The notes under the pieces are model-generated. The model saw only the letters and a list, made by a program, of their open reading frames with translations. It was not told the origin of the DNA and did not search any database. This document shows, piece by piece, positions 11,706 to 22,864 of a stretch of 63,058 nucleotides of DNA (positions are counted from its first letter, which is position 1; each line of letters starts with the position of its first letter). Origin of the DNA: Brachymonas sp. Lineage in GTDB: Bacteria > Pseudomonadota > Gammaproteobacteria > Burkholderiales > Burkholderiaceae_C. The stretch spans positions 1-63,058 of the forward strand of contig JAGONG010000003.1 of assembly GCA_017993135.1 (NCBI GenBank). Direction: 5' to 3'. The translations under genes were made by a program, and so were the position numbers.

Positions 11706-13117
11706 CTATTCCTGCTTTTATTGTGGCGCTGGGTTTGCTCGTTGCCATTCACGAATACGGGCATTTTCAAGTGGCACGCTGGTGCGGAGTAAAAGTGCTG
11801 CGCTTTGCAATCGGATTTGGCAAACCTTTGCTGCGCTGGCGTGGCAAAAAGCAAGACACCGAATTTGCCCTGTGCATCTTGCCTTTGGGCGGCTACGTAA
11901 AAATGCTTGATGAGCGCGAGGGTGAGGTCAAAGCGTCTGAGCGCCATCTGGCCTTTAATACGCAACCTGTTTGGAAGCGGTTTTTAATAGTGGCAGCCGG
12001 CCCCGTTGCCAATTTGCTACTGGCAATAACCATCTATACGGGCTTGGCATGGCATGGCGAGCAGCAAGTACAACCCATTGTGGCAGAGCCGCCCGCAGGC
12101 AGCTTGGCTGCGCAAGCCGGGGTGCGCAGTGGCGACAGGGTAGTGGGCTGGCGCATGGCAACTGACACAGACTGGCAAACGCCTGCCTCGCTGGACCAGC
12201 TCACATGGCACGTCATGCAAGCTGCCATAGACAAGCGCGACGTAGCACTGCTCGTGCAATCTACACGCGCACCTGCGCCCCAAACTGCACAAACAGAGCA
12301 AACAGAGCAGGGGGCAACAGCCACACCGTTAGCGCGCGAACGTACCTTGGTGCTGCCCTTGCACCAACTTCGCCCTGGGCAAGAAGCCAGTGAAGGTCTG
12401 GGGCAAGTCATCGGGCTGGGCAAAGCCTGGTCACAGCCAGTCATCCAGCAGGTTTTGCCAGCAAGCGCAGCGGCTCAAGGCGGCCTGCAAAACAAAGACA
12501 TAGTCGTGTCCATCAACCAGCAGCCCATCTATGATGCAGCGCATTTGCAAAGCACGATTCAGCGGGATTTATCAGGCAAGCCGCAACTGTGGCAAGTGCA
12601 AAGAGCAGGGCAAATACTGCAACTGCACATCACCCCTGTTGTTGAAACAGCCAACGGGCAGCAAGCAGCCAAAGTAGGCATACAACTTGGCAGCATGCCT
12701 GCTACAGTGCTGGTGCGCTATGGTTTTGTGGATGGCATAACGCAAGGAGCGCAAAAGGTCTGGCAACTCTCTGCCATGAGCGTAAAAGGATTTGCCCAAA
12801 TGGTAACAGGGCAGTTGTCAGTCAAAAACCTCAGCGGCCCCATAACCATTGCAGACTTTGCAGGGCGCTCGGCACAAGCTGGGCTAGGTGCATACTTGGT
12901 ATTTTTGGGGCTAATCAGCGTGAGCCTGGGTGTGTTAAATTTGATGCCCATTCCTATTCTGGATGGGGGACACCTAGTGTATTATCTCTGGGAAGCAATA
13001 ACTGGTCGCCCAGTTCCTGAAATATGGGACCAACGCTTCAAACAAGTCGGCCTGGTACTACTGGGTTGCATGATGGCAATTGCCATGTTCAACGACTTAT
13101 CACGTCAATTTCGTTAA
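11699..13117 (+). CDS. rseP: RIP metalloprotease with PDZ domains
   Basis: HEYGH, PLGGYVKM, NLMPIPILDGG. Confidence 0.96.
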   Translation: MLTIPAFIVALGLLVAIHEYGHFQVARWCGVKVLRFAIGFGKPLLRWRGKKQDTEFALCILPLGGYVKMLDEREGEVKASERHLAFNTQPVWKRFLIVAAGPVANLLLAITIYTGLAWHGEQQVQPIVAEPPAGSLAAQAGVRSGDRVVGWRMATDTDWQTPASLDQLTWHVMQAAIDKRDVALLVQSTRAPAPQTAQTEQTEQGATATPLARERTLVLPLHQLRPGQEASEGLGQVIGLGKAWSQPVIQQVLPASAAAQGGLQNKDIVVSINQQPIYDAAHLQSTIQRDLSGKPQLWQVQRAGQILQLHITPVVETANGQQAAKVGIQLGSMPATVLVRYGFVDGITQGAQKVWQLSAMSVKGFAQMVTGQLSVKNLSGPITIADFAGRSAQAGLGAYLVFLGLISVSLGVLNLMPIPILDGGHLVYYLWEAITGRPVPEIWDQRFKQVGLVLLGCMMAIAMFNDLSRQFR

Positions 13118-13159
13118 GTTTACGCATTTGGATTTGCCATCTTACCTACTAAAAGTTTC

Positions 13160-15514
13160 ATGAAAAGACACCATCCTTTCTTCCGTTTGAAAACGCTGGC
13201 AACCGTAGCCAGCCTGTTTTTTGCAGCAAACACAGCTTGGGCAGTAACGCCATTTGTCATCAAAGACATCAAGGTAGAAGGCTTGCAGCGGGTTGATGCC
13301 AGCACCATTTTTGCCTCCATCCCCGTCAAGGTGGGCGACACCTATGATGACGAGCACGGCGCAGCCTCCATTCGCTCTTTATTTGCGCTAGGCCTTTTTC
13401 AAGACGTACGTATTGAAGTGCGTGACAGCGAAATGGTCGTCGTAGTGCAAGAGCGCCCCAGCATCAATCAGGTCGATATCTCTGCTGCCACTTTTGGCGG
13501 CATGGATAAAAACGCCATTTTGAAAGGACTGGGAACTTTAGGCATCGTGGCGGGCCGCCCCTACGACAAAGGCATGGAAGACCGCGCCATTCAGGAGCTG
13601 CTCAAGCAATACCAAAGCATGGGTTACTACGCCGCCGAGATTGTTCCCACCGTCACACCAATTGACAGAAACCGCGTCAATCTCAGCTTCGCCATCAAAG
13701 AAGGGAAAATCGCGCAAATCAAGCAAATCCGCTTTGTTGGCAACTCGGCATTCAGCGCATCAACACTGCAAGACGAAATGCAGATGGACACTGGAGGCTG
13801 GATGTCGTGGTACACCAAATCCAACCGCTACGCAGACAACAAGCTCAACGCCGACCTGGAAGCACTCCGCAACTTCTACCGCAACCGTGGTTATCTGGAG
13901 TTTCAGATTAACTCCACACAAGTTGGCATTTCTCCAGACAAACGCGATATTGAAATAACCATCAATCTCAGCGAAGGAGAAAAATATGTAGTATCTGCCG
14001 TTTCTTTGGCTGGAGATTATCTGGAAAAAGAAGACGCTTTCAAATCATTGATTAGCATCAAGCCAGGCGAAGCCTACAAACAAGCAGATGTGGCAACAAC
14101 ACTTGCTGCAATGAAAAAACATTTTGGCAATTATGGCTATGCCTTTGCCAAAATTGAAGCACGTCCAAAAATCAACCGTGAAAAACAACAGGTTGAACTG
14201 GTGCTGGCTGCTGAACCTGGCCAAAGAGCGTACGTGCGCCGTATTAATATTGCAGGCAACGCCAAAACACGCGATGAGGTTATTCGCCGTGAATTGCGCC
14301 AATACGAAGCATCCTGGTATAACTCTGACAAAATAGCTTTATCCAAAGACCGACTGGAGCGACTGGGCTACTTTACCGACATCAGTATAGAGCCACAACA
14401 GGTGTCAGCAGAAGCCACCGATCAGGCGGATTTGGATATAACCGTTAAAGAACGTCCCACTGGTGCTATTCAAATTGGCGCGGGCTATTCAACCTCAGAC
14501 AAAATATCTCTGTCATTTAACTTGAACCAAGACAACGTTTTCGGTTCAGGACAATCGTTGGCCTTGGGGGTTAATACTGGCAGCTATAACAGAACATATT
14601 CAATTTCATCAACCGACCCGTATTTCACCAATTACGGCATTTCCCGCACCTTCTATTTCTCACACGCAATTAACAAGCCGCGCAAAGGGCAGGGCGGTGA
14701 TTACTCTATCAGGCAGGATAATGCGGGCATATCTTTTGGCGTGCCTTTCTCTGAAACAGATCAGGTGTATTTCGGGCTTGGTTTAGAGCGTTACGGTATT
14801 CGTTCAGGCACTACGGATATGCCGCCCGTTTACAGGGACTATATTAATTATTATGGAAAATCAGCATATGGTGTTCCACTGAGCATAGGCTGGGGGCGTG
14901 ATTCGCGTGATAGTGCGCTTGCTCCAACATCTGGCACAATGCAACGTGTTTCTGCTGTGCTTAGCCCAGCAGGTGGTCTGAAATACTTCAATGCAACCTA
15001 TAAATTCCAGCAGTATTTCCCGCTCAGCAAAAATACAACTATCATGTTCAATACAGACTTGGGCTATGGTAAAGGTCTGAGCTGCAAGAAGGGAACGAGC
15101 AATTGTTATCCATTCTATAAAAACTTCTTTATGGGTGGTATTGGTTCAGTTCGCGGGTTTGACCAAGGCGCGATTGGCCCCAGCCAAATTGACCCTGTAA
15201 CAAACTCTTCGTATTCAGTAGGTGGCAATAAAATGTTTAATGCCAATATTGAATTTATTGCACCATTCCCTGGTGCCAATAATGACAAGACTTTGCGTTT
15301 GTTTGCATTCCTTGATGCGGGTAACGTATATGCAGATTCGTTCTCTAACTACAAACCTACCTCGGAAGACCGTATGATTAGAGCTTCAGCGGGTGTGGGG
15401 TTGCGTTGGATTTCCCCTATGGGACCACTGAGTTTGTCTTTTGCACATCCATTTAGAAAACAAAAAACTGATAAATTACAGAAATTCCAGTTTCAAATAG
15501 GAGCTTCATTCTGA
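13160..15514 (+). CDS. bamA: Outer membrane protein assembly factor
   Basis: Signal peptide, POTRA repeats, VRGF motif, C-terminal FQFQIG..F. Confidence 0.98.
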   Translation: MKRHHPFFRLKTLATVASLFFAANTAWAVTPFVIKDIKVEGLQRVDASTIFASIPVKVGDTYDDEHGAASIRSLFALGLFQDVRIEVRDSEMVVVVQERPSINQVDISAATFGGMDKNAILKGLGTLGIVAGRPYDKGMEDRAIQELLKQYQSMGYYAAEIVPTVTPIDRNRVNLSFAIKEGKIAQIKQIRFVGNSAFSASTLQDEMQMDTGGWMSWYTKSNRYADNKLNADLEALRNFYRNRGYLEFQINSTQVGISPDKRDIEITINLSEGEKYVVSAVSLAGDYLEKEDAFKSLISIKPGEAYKQADVATTLAAMKKHFGNYGYAFAKIEARPKINREKQQVELVLAAEPGQRAYVRRINIAGNAKTRDEVIRRELRQYEASWYNSDKIALSKDRLERLGYFTDISIEPQQVSAEATDQADLDITVKERPTGAIQIGAGYSTSDKISLSFNLNQDNVFGSGQSLALGVNTGSYNRTYSISSTDPYFTNYGISRTFYFSHAINKPRKGQGGDYSIRQDNAGISFGVPFSETDQVYFGLGLERYGIRSGTTDMPPVYRDYINYYGKSAYGVPLSIGWGRDSRDSALAPTSGTMQRVSAVLSPAGGLKYFNATYKFQQYFPLSKNTTIMFNTDLGYGKGLSCKKGTSNCYPFYKNFFMGGIGSVRGFDQGAIGPSQIDPVTNSSYSVGGNKMFNANIEFIAPFPGANNDKTLRLFAFLDAGNVYADSFSNYKPTSEDRMIRASAGVGLRWISPMGPLSLSFAHPFRKQKTDKLQKFQFQIGASF

Positions 15515-16047
15515 TGAAAACGTTGAATATATTTGGTAAAAATACGGCAAAAGCTGTTTTGGCAGGGTTTGTTGCGCTCTCTTCAGTGGGTGCGCTGGCG
15601 CAAAATCTTCCAGGCACACGAACTGGTTTTGTGAATATTGAAAGGCTTTTTACTGAAGCTAATGCAGCAAAGGTGGCACAAGCCAAGTTGCAGCGCGAAT
15701 TTTCTGCGCGCGAGAAAAAGGTGCAAGACCAAGGCAATGCCTTGAAGAAGGCAGTTGAGCAGTTTCAGCAAGAGTCGCCCAAGATGACTGAGGCTAATCG
15801 TGCTGCCAAAGAGCGCCAGTTAATGATTCAAGATAATGAATTTCAGAAAAACAGACGTGAATTTCAGGAAGATTTAAATAGCAGAAAAAATGATGAAATG
15901 CAGGCTTTTATTCAAAAGGCCAATCGCGCTGTAGAAGAAGTGGCAAAGAAAGAGCAATTTGACAAGATTGACCAAGAGGCTGTTTATATCAACCCGAAGA
16001 TTGATATAACAGATAAAGTGTTAGACTTTTTAAATAGCGGCAAATAA
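15514..16047 (+). CDS. skp: Periplasmic chaperone Skp/OmpH
   Basis: Signal peptide, coiled-coil body, DITDKV C-terminus; coupled to bamA. Confidence 0.93.
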   Translation: MKTLNIFGKNTAKAVLAGFVALSSVGALAQNLPGTRTGFVNIERLFTEANAAKVAQAKLQREFSAREKKVQDQGNALKKAVEQFQQESPKMTEANRAAKERQLMIQDNEFQKNRREFQEDLNSRKNDEMQAFIQKANRAVEEVAKKEQFDKIDQEAVYINPKIDITDKVLDFLNSGK

Positions 16048-16061
16048 GCTTATGCCCCGAT

Positions 16062-16092
16062 AAAAGGCGCTGCTTGGTAGCGCCTTTTTTTT
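16062..16092 (+). terminator. Rho-independent terminator after skp
   Basis: aaaaggcgctgc-ttg-gtagcgcc followed by T8. Confidence 0.8.
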
Positions 16093-16156
16093 GCCTGCGC
16101 TGTGCGCCGCTGTGCGCAATACGTTATTTGATTTTTTGAGAAGGCCGTGATTTTCT

Positions 16157-17347
16157 ATGTTGCACTTTGCCAGCCGCTTGCAAAATGTTGAAACTTCAGC
16201 GATTCGTGAATTGTTTAAGTTATTGGGCAAGCCAGGTATTATCAGTTTTGCGGGTGGTTTTCCTGATCCTGCTTTGTTTGATGTGGATGGTTTGCGCGCG
16301 GCCAGCCAAAGTGCTTTGCAGCAGTGGCCTGATGCTGCCTTGCAGTATGGGGCGACCGAGGGTTTTGCGCCTTTAAAAGAGCAGATAGCTAGCTTGTCGG
16401 CTCAAAAGGGTGCGCCGCTGCAAGCGAATCAGTTTGTTGTTACTACGGGCAGCCAGCAGGCGCTTGATTTGTTGGGCAAGTGCATGATTTCACCTGGGGA
16501 TAAGGTGATTGTGGAGGGGCCTACGTTTTTGGCAACGATTCAATGCTTTAAGCTGTATGGTGCAGAGGTAATCAGTGCGCCGATTGATGCCCACGGCGTG
16601 CAGGTGGAGCAGCTTGAGGCGCTGATTGCAGAGCATCGCCCCAAGATGGTGTATTTGATTCCGACTTTTGGCAACCCAAGCGGGGCAACGCTTACGCTGG
16701 AGCGGCGCAAGCGTGTGTTGGAGCTGGCGGTGCAGTACCAGACGCTGGTGGTTGAAGATGACCCGTATGGGGATTTGTATTTTGATGCGCCACCTCCTGA
16801 TAGTTTGCTCGCTTTGAGTAGCCAAGTTGAGGGCAGTGCGCAATGGCTGGCGCATTGCGGCAGTTTGAGCAAGATTTTGTCGCCTGGTTTGCGGCTTGGT
16901 TGGCTGGTGGCTCCGCCTGATTTGTTGGCCAAGGCAGTGATGTGCAAGCAGTTTAGCGATGCCAATACGAGCACTTTGGCGCAGGCTACGGCTGCGGCTT
17001 ATTTACAGTCGGGGCGTTTGCCTCAAGCGGTGCAGCAGGTGCGCTCTGTGTATGCGCAACGCGCTAGCACTATGGCTGCATGTTTGAAGCGTGAGTTGGG
17101 TGATGCTGTGAGCTTTACCCAGCCGCAAGGGGGCATGTTTTTTTGGGTGCGCTTGACTGGTGCGGATGGGCGTTGTGCCGATTCTCAGGTTTTTGCGCAG
17201 CGTGCCATTGAAAAGCTGGTGGCTTTTGTGCCTGGTGCGCCGTTTTTTGCACAAAACCCTGATGTATCCTGTTTGCGTATGAGCTTTGCGACTACGAATC
17301 TGGAAAAAATCGAAGAGGGCGTTCTGCGTTTGGCGCAGGCGCTATAA
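16157..17347 (+). CDS. PLP-dependent class I aminotransferase (2-aminoadipate transaminase-like)
   Basis: ISFAGGFP, LQYG.TEG, EDDPYG, SLSKILSPGLRLGW. Confidence 0.9.
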   Translation: MLHFASRLQNVETSAIRELFKLLGKPGIISFAGGFPDPALFDVDGLRAASQSALQQWPDAALQYGATEGFAPLKEQIASLSAQKGAPLQANQFVVTTGSQQALDLLGKCMISPGDKVIVEGPTFLATIQCFKLYGAEVISAPIDAHGVQVEQLEALIAEHRPKMVYLIPTFGNPSGATLTLERRKRVLELAVQYQTLVVEDDPYGDLYFDAPPPDSLLALSSQVEGSAQWLAHCGSLSKILSPGLRLGWLVAPPDLLAKAVMCKQFSDANTSTLAQATAAAYLQSGRLPQAVQQVRSVYAQRASTMAACLKRELGDAVSFTQPQGGMFFWVRLTGADGRCADSQVFAQRAIEKLVAFVPGAPFFAQNPDVSCLRMSFATTNLEKIEEGVLRLAQAL

Positions 17348-17510
17348 ACTTTAACGTTTTAAACGCGTTTAACGTTTTTAACGTGTTTATTCACTTGCCA
17401 GTTGATGTTTCGCCAATTCTTGGGTGTGTGCGGCTTTTAAATGGCTACAAGCCAGGCTGCTGCAACAAGGTCTGACTGGCGCTTAATCTGGCTAACAATG
17501 GCTTATTTAC

Positions 17511-20345
17511 ATGACTACAGTTTCTAACAGGCATAAAGAGCAGCCGCTTATTGAAGCGATTCGGCTGCTGGGGCGTTTGCTGGGCGATGTTATTCGCGAG
17601 CAAGAGGGGCAAGCTACTTTTGATATGGTTGAGAAAATCCGCCGTTTGTCGGTGGCTTACCGCGTCAGGCTGGATGCTGGCGCGGGCGAGGAGCTTGGCA
17701 GCCTGCTGCAAAGCATTTCCTTGCCGCAGACGTTGCAAGTGTTGCGTGCCTTTAGCTATTTTTCGCATTTAATCAATTTGGCTGAAGACCGCCACCATGT
17801 GCGCCGCCGCCAGCACCACGAGCGTTTGGGGCAAGTGCAAAACGGCTCTTTGCAAGCCAGCATGGAGAGTTTGCAGGCGCATGGTGTGCAGCCACAACAA
17901 GTGGCAGATTTGCTCAGTCGCGCTTATGTTTCGCCAGTGCTTACGGCGCACCCGACAGAAGTGCAGCGTGCAGCCATTTTGGCAGCCGAGCATGCCATAG
18001 CCCATTTGCTTGAGGAGCGTGATGGCTTGCACAGCCCGCGTGAGCTGGAGCGCAATACTGCGCTGCTGAAAGCGCGTATTACCCAGTTGTGGCAGACGCG
18101 CATTTTGCGCAATAACAAGCTGACTGTGGCAGATGAAATCAGCAACGCGCTTTCGTACTACAACAGCACTTTCTTGCAAGAAATTCCGCAGCTTTACGAA
18201 GACCTTGAGCACATGCTGCCCGGGCAACGTATAGAGCCGTTTTTCCGCATGGGGCACTGGATGGGGGGCGACCGCGATGGCAACCCCTTCGTTACGGCTG
18301 AGTGTCTGGGGCAGGCGCTTCGGATGCAATGCGAAACTGCTTTGTTGCACTACTTGAAAGAGTTGCATGCACTGAGTATGGAGTTGTCAATGTCTACCAT
18401 GCTGGTAGAAGCTACGCCAGAGCTGCATGCACTGGCTGATGCAGCCAATGACAACAATCCCCATCGCCAAGATGAAGCCTATCGCCGCGCTGTGGCAGGC
18501 ATTTATGCGCGCACAGCGGCAGCCTTGAAAGCGCGTACATTTGCGCACCCGCCACATCCGCCTATTGCCGATGCCGAGCCTTACGCCTGTGCCGAAGATT
18601 TGTTGCGCGACTTGCATATTTTGGCGGATTCGCTGCGCCAGCATCACGGCGCGGCGCTGTTGGCGCTGCACTTGGGCAAGCTCATGCGTGCGGTTGAGGT
18701 GTTTGGCTTTCATCTGGCTACGCTTGATTTGCGGCAAAACTCCGAAGAACATGAGCAGGTGGTTGCCGAGTTGCTGCGCGTTGCGCAAATTGAGAGCAAC
18801 TACAGCGGGTTGGATGAGGCTGCAAAGCGCCAGTGCCTATTGGCCGCGCTTGCCGATGTGCGCCCGCTGAAAGTGCCTGATGCAGACTACAGCAGCAAAA
18901 CAGTGGCAGAGCTGGCCGTATTTACCGACGCTTTGCAGATTTTGCAAACCTACGGCCGCTCTGCCTTGCGCCACTACATCATCTCGCACACCGAAGACGT
19001 GAGCGACTTGCTTGAGTTGATGGTGTTGTTTAAGGAAAGTGGTCTGCTACGGCATTTTGGCAGCCCCGCAGTGCATAGCCGCTTGATAGTCTCGCCCCTG
19101 TTTGAAACCATTGCCGATTTGCAAGCAGCTCCGCGCATTATGCGTGAGTGGTATGCCTTGCCTGGTGTGCTCGATATGGTGCTGGCCAGCGGTGCCGAGC
19201 AAGACATTATGCTGGGCTACAGCGACAGCAACAAAGACGGCGGCATGTTTACCAGCAACTGGTGCTTGTACCAGACCGAACGCGCTTTGCTTGAGGTGTT
19301 TGAGCCCTTGCGCCAGCAGCACGGCTTGCTGATGCGGCTGTTTCACGGGCGCGGCGGCACGGTAGGGCGGGGCGGTGGCCCTAGCTACCAAGCCATACTG
19401 GCGCAGCCCCCAGGCACGGTGCATGGGCAAATCCGCTTAACAGAGCAGGGCGAAGTTATTGCCTCCAAATACGCCAACCCCGAAATCGGGCGGCGCAATC
19501 TGCAAACGCTGGTAGCCGCTACGCTTGAAGCCAGCTTGCTGCCAGCCAAATCGGCTGCCGATGAATATGTGCAAGCGGCACAAGCCATAAGCGATGCCAG
19601 CTATGCGGCCTACCGCAAGCTGGTGTGCGAAACGCCTGGTTTTACCGAATACTTCTTTGCGGCTACGCCCTTGCTTGAAATCTCCGAGCTCAATATCGGC
19701 TCGCGTCCAGCCTCGCGCAAGGCGCTGGCAAAAATTGAGGATTTACGCGCTATTCCGTGGAGCTTTAGCTGGGCGCAATCGCGCGTTGCACTGCCTGGCT
19801 GGGCAGGTTTTGGCGGCGGCGTGCGGCAGTGGCTTTTTGTGGATGCACAAGGCAAACCAGCCGAGCAGCCCAACGCACAGCGCCTGAGCTTGCTGCAAAG
19901 CATGTACCGCGAATGGCCGTTTTTTGCGGCACTGCTCTCCAATTTGGATATGGTGCTTGCCAAAACAGACCTGCACATTGCCGAGCGTTATGTAGAACTG
20001 GTGCCCGATGTGGCGCTGGGGCAAAGAATTTTTGCCGCCATACGCCAAGAATGGCAAGCCACGCAAGAGATGCTGACCCTGATTACTGGCGAATCAGACC
20101 GTTTGAGCAGCAACCCTGCGCTGGCACGTTCGATTGCCCACCGCTTCCCGTATATTGACTTGCTCAACCACTTGCAAGTGGAGCTGATGCGCCGCCACCG
20201 CGCCAGCAAAAAGGCTGCGCCAGAGCCTGCACCAGCGCATACGCAGCGTGCGGGCGCAGATGCCGATGACAGCGAATTGCGCTTGCGCCGTGGCATTCAA
20301 ATATCGGTCAATGGCATTGCAGTGGGTTTGCGCAATACGGGCTAA
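17511..20345 (+). CDS. ppc: Phosphoenolpyruvate carboxylase
   Basis: [45 protein letters not shown]-terminal LRNTG. Confidence 0.98.
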   Translation: MTTVSNRHKEQPLIEAIRLLGRLLGDVIREQEGQATFDMVEKIRRLSVAYRVRLDAGAGEELGSLLQSISLPQTLQVLRAFSYFSHLINLAEDRHHVRRRQHHERLGQVQNGSLQASMESLQAHGVQPQQVADLLSRAYVSPVLTAHPTEVQRAAILAAEHAIAHLLEERDGLHSPRELERNTALLKARITQLWQTRILRNNKLTVADEISNALSYYNSTFLQEIPQLYEDLEHMLPGQRIEPFFRMGHWMGGDRDGNPFVTAECLGQALRMQCETALLHYLKELHALSMELSMSTMLVEATPELHALADAANDNNPHRQDEAYRRAVAGIYARTAAALKARTFAHPPHPPIADAEPYACAEDLLRDLHILADSLRQHHGAALLALHLGKLMRAVEVFGFHLATLDLRQNSEEHEQVVAELLRVAQIESNYSGLDEAAKRQCLLAALADVRPLKVPDADYSSKTVAELAVFTDALQILQTYGRSALRHYIISHTEDVSDLLELMVLFKESGLLRHFGSPAVHSRLIVSPLFETIADLQAAPRIMREWYALPGVLDMVLASGAEQDIMLGYSDSNKDGGMFTSNWCLYQTERALLEVFEPLRQQHGLLMRLFHGRGGTVGRGGGPSYQAILAQPPGTVHGQIRLTEQGEVIASKYANPEIGRRNLQTLVAATLEASLLPAKSAADEYVQAAQAISDASYAAYRKLVCETPGFTEYFFAATPLLEISELNIGSRPASRKALAKIEDLRAIPWSFSWAQSRVALPGWAGFGGGVRQWLFVDAQGKPAEQPNAQRLSLLQSMYREWPFFAALLSNLDMVLAKTDLHIAERYVELVPDVALGQRIFAAIRQEWQATQEMLTLITGESDRLSSNPALARSIAHRFPYIDLLNHLQVELMRRHRASKKAAPEPAPAHTQRAGADADDSELRLRRGIQISVNGIAVGLRNTG

Positions 20346-20395
20346 TGCGCAACTGGCTTGAGGCAGCAACCAAGCGGGCTTACTTATGGGCTTAC

Positions 20396-20701
20396 TTATT
20401 GGTCTGCTTGGCTGCCGTCAATGATTTGCAAATCGTTATCGCGGGCAAAGCTGTAGATATAGTCCCACGCATGCGGGAAACGCTCTTGCAGCGTGCGGCT
20501 CACCACTACCGAGTTGATGTTGTTGTAAATCATGGGAAAGCACCAGGGCGAATACGTCAGGTGGTCGCCTGGCTTGGGTGCTTCTGGGCGAAACTGGCTG
20601 ATTACACCCGCCAAGCGGTCGGCCCAGTTGCTGGGGCGAAATGTGCGGCCTGCACTGGTGATGCCCTGAATCAGAATTTCTTGTGTGGTATCAAAAGACA
20701 T
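20396..20701 (-). CDS. DUF3579-like conserved protein
   Basis: IQGIT..GRTFRPS.WADRL.G motif and FA.DN.L C-terminus; GGAG RBS upstream. Confidence 0.8.
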   Translation of the reverse strand: MSFDTTQEILIQGITSAGRTFRPSNWADRLAGVISQFRPEAPKPGDHLTYSPWCFPMIYNNINSVVVSRTLQERFPHAWDYIYSFARDNDLQIIDGSQADQ

Positions 20702-20785
20702 GGCTGCTAGCTCTCCTGTGCTTTAAGCAAATGGGCAGGCTTGGCGCCTGTATGTGTTCTTCGGGGCTTTTTTATTCAAAAGCGG

Positions 20786-20849
20786 GCAAGCAGTATTTAT
20801 GCGGCTTGCAGGGCATTATCGTGCTGTAGGGCGCATGAATACTGGTTGT
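20786..20849. repeat. 64-bp imperfect palindrome, copy 1
   Basis: Aligns without gaps to 27691-27754 and 36396-36459. Confidence 0.75.
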
Positions 20850-21034
20850 GGCGTTTTTAACGTTATTGGTGTTGTCGGCGTTGTTGGCGTTGTTGGCATT
20901 TTTAAATGTGTTGCTGGCGCATGCAATTGGATGCACCAAAGGCGCTGGCAATGTTTGGGTTTGGCTGGCTGCTTTGGCTGTGCTTTTGAGCTGCTAAAGC
21001 CAGATGATGGCGAACTTGCGAACCTGCACGGATT

Positions 21035-21796
21035 TTAATCTGTGCTGGCTGCTGTGCTAGTGCGGGTGCGCCTGTTTTTGGTGAAAGAGGGCATTTCCCA
21101 CTCGCGCATGGCTACAAACATGCCCGTGCCGTGGCGTTTTGGCAGCGGGCTGGCCAGGCTTTCTTCATGCAACTCGGCAAACTTTTGCCGCAGTTTGCGG
21201 ATTTCTGCCAGCATTTTCGCGGCGGCAGCGTCAGTGAGCATGGCGTGCGAAAAGGACAGCGTTTCGCTCTCGCGCGCAAAGTCGTTTTGCAAAAAGTCGC
21301 CCAAGCCCTGTTTAAGAAAATACATGCGGATAGGGCCTTGGCTGCGCCAGTCAAAGTCACGCGCCACATTGAGCCTGATGCGGTTGCCTGGCAGCAGGGT
21401 GATGAGGCGTAGGCGGTCGAGCTTGAGCAGATGCGCGATGCACTCGGCTTGGCTGAATTGGTAAATGCGGGTGATGTCGGCAACCTCCCAGTGGTTAAGC
21501 ACGCACACCGCAACCATCAGCAGCTTTTCATCGCTCACCAGCTCTTTTTCTTGCGCCTCGCTCAAAGTGTGCAGGCGATTTTCGCCAATAGCGGCTTCGT
21601 GCGTCAGCTCGGCCAAGGTAAAGCCCAGCAGGTTGCTGATTTCGACCACGCGCTCCAAATTAAAGCGCCCTTGGGCAAACATGCGCTTGACACTGGCTTC
21701 AGACATGCCCAGCGCGCTTGCCAAATCGCGGTAAGTCATGCCTTGGATTTTGAGCCGCCGCTTCAGTGTGCTAACCAGTTGCTTGATTTCGTTCAT
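21035..21796 (-). CDS. XRE/Cro-CI family HTH transcriptional regulator
   Basis: N-terminal TYRDLASALGMSEASVKRMF HTH; divergent from the lipid cassette. Confidence 0.88.
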   Translation of the reverse strand: MNEIKQLVSTLKRRLKIQGMTYRDLASALGMSEASVKRMFAQGRFNLERVVEISNLLGFTLAELTHEAAIGENRLHTLSEAQEKELVSDEKLLMVAVCVLNHWEVADITRIYQFSQAECIAHLLKLDRLRLITLLPGNRIRLNVARDFDWRSQGPIRMYFLKQGLGDFLQNDFARESETLSFSHAMLTDAAAAKMLAEIRKLRQKFAELHEESLASPLPKRHGTGMFVAMREWEMPSFTKNRRTRTSTAASTD

Positions 21797-21811
21797 GCCT
21801 GTGCGCCTCTA

Positions 21812-21836
21812 AAAAGTATCTTTATTCGATACTTTT
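21812..21836. promoter_or_regulatory. Candidate operator
   Basis: Perfect inverted repeat AAAAGTATC-N7-GATACTTTT 16 bp upstream of the regulator start. Confidence 0.6.
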
Positions 21837-21933
21837 ATTGTAAACGCTTCTACTATTTTATTTTTAGTATACAAACCATTGTCTTTGCGGCATTCTGCGT
21901 GCACTTTCACTTTTTGAGTCAAGGAGATGCACC

Positions 21934-22752
21934 ATGCAATTTCGCCATACGAACCGTATCAACCGTATCAACCGCATGCATGTGCCAACGTGGATTACCG
22001 TGCTCGCCTGCGTGCTGCTGGCATGGCACGGGCCCATCGCGCAGCCCGCGCATTACCACGATTTTGCTGACCAGCAGATGTGCTACGGCATAGCGCATTT
22101 TGCCGATGTAGTTTCCAATGTGGGCTTTGCCCTTGTTGCGCTATGGGGCTGGTGGCAGTTGCGCCCTGCGGTTGGGCGGCAAAGCCTGCGCTATGGCTGG
22201 GCAGGTTATCGCCTGTTTTTGATGGGGCTGTTTTTAACCGCTTTGGGCTCGGCTTACTACCACCTTGCGCCAGACAACCAGCGCCTTGTTTGGGACAGGC
22301 TGCCCATTGCCTTGCTGTGCGCGGGTTTGCTGGCTGGCGTGTGGGGCGATGTCTGGAAAAAAAGCAGCCGTTTGATGGCGCTAGGGCTGGGTGTGGCAGC
22401 GGTATGCAGCGTAGGCTGGTGGCATGTTACCGAGCAGGCAGGCGCTGGCGATTTGCGCCCCTACTTGCTGCTGCAAGGCTTGCCGCTGGTGCTTATTCCC
22501 GTTTGGCAATGGGCGCACGGCGCACCGCGTGCCGACCGCTTGGCATTTGCAGGGGCAGTGCTGCTGTATGTGCTGGCTAAATTTGCCGAACTGGCTGACC
22601 ACCAAATTGCCGCCATAACAGGTGGGCTAACGGGGCATACTGCCAAGCATTTGCTGGCAACAGTGGCAGCGGCGCTGATTGTGGCGCGTTTGGTGCGGCG
22701 CAGTGCGTGTGTTACAAATGCGGGCTGCAAAGCATTGCCTTGCGTAAGTTGA
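21934..22752 (+). CDS. Alkaline phytoceramidase-like (CREST superfamily) membrane hydrolase
   Basis: About seven TM helices; YHDFAD...DVVSN, GSAYYH (SxxxH), WDRLP, GHTAKH (HxxxH); AAGGAG RBS. Confidence 0.75.
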   Translation: MQFRHTNRINRINRMHVPTWITVLACVLLAWHGPIAQPAHYHDFADQQMCYGIAHFADVVSNVGFALVALWGWWQLRPAVGRQSLRYGWAGYRLFLMGLFLTALGSAYYHLAPDNQRLVWDRLPIALLCAGLLAGVWGDVWKKSSRLMALGLGVAAVCSVGWWHVTEQAGAGDLRPYLLLQGLPLVLIPVWQWAHGAPRADRLAFAGAVLLYVLAKFAELADHQIAAITGGLTGHTAKHLLATVAAALIVARLVRRSACVTNAGCKALPCVS

Positions 22753-22864
22753 TGCCGAACCAAAGTCCATTTTTTTTACATACTTTCAATTAAAAAAACT
22801 TTCAATTAAGCGTACTTTCAACTTGCTGCAGTATGCGCATTTCCATAATTAATCGGGCATTTTT

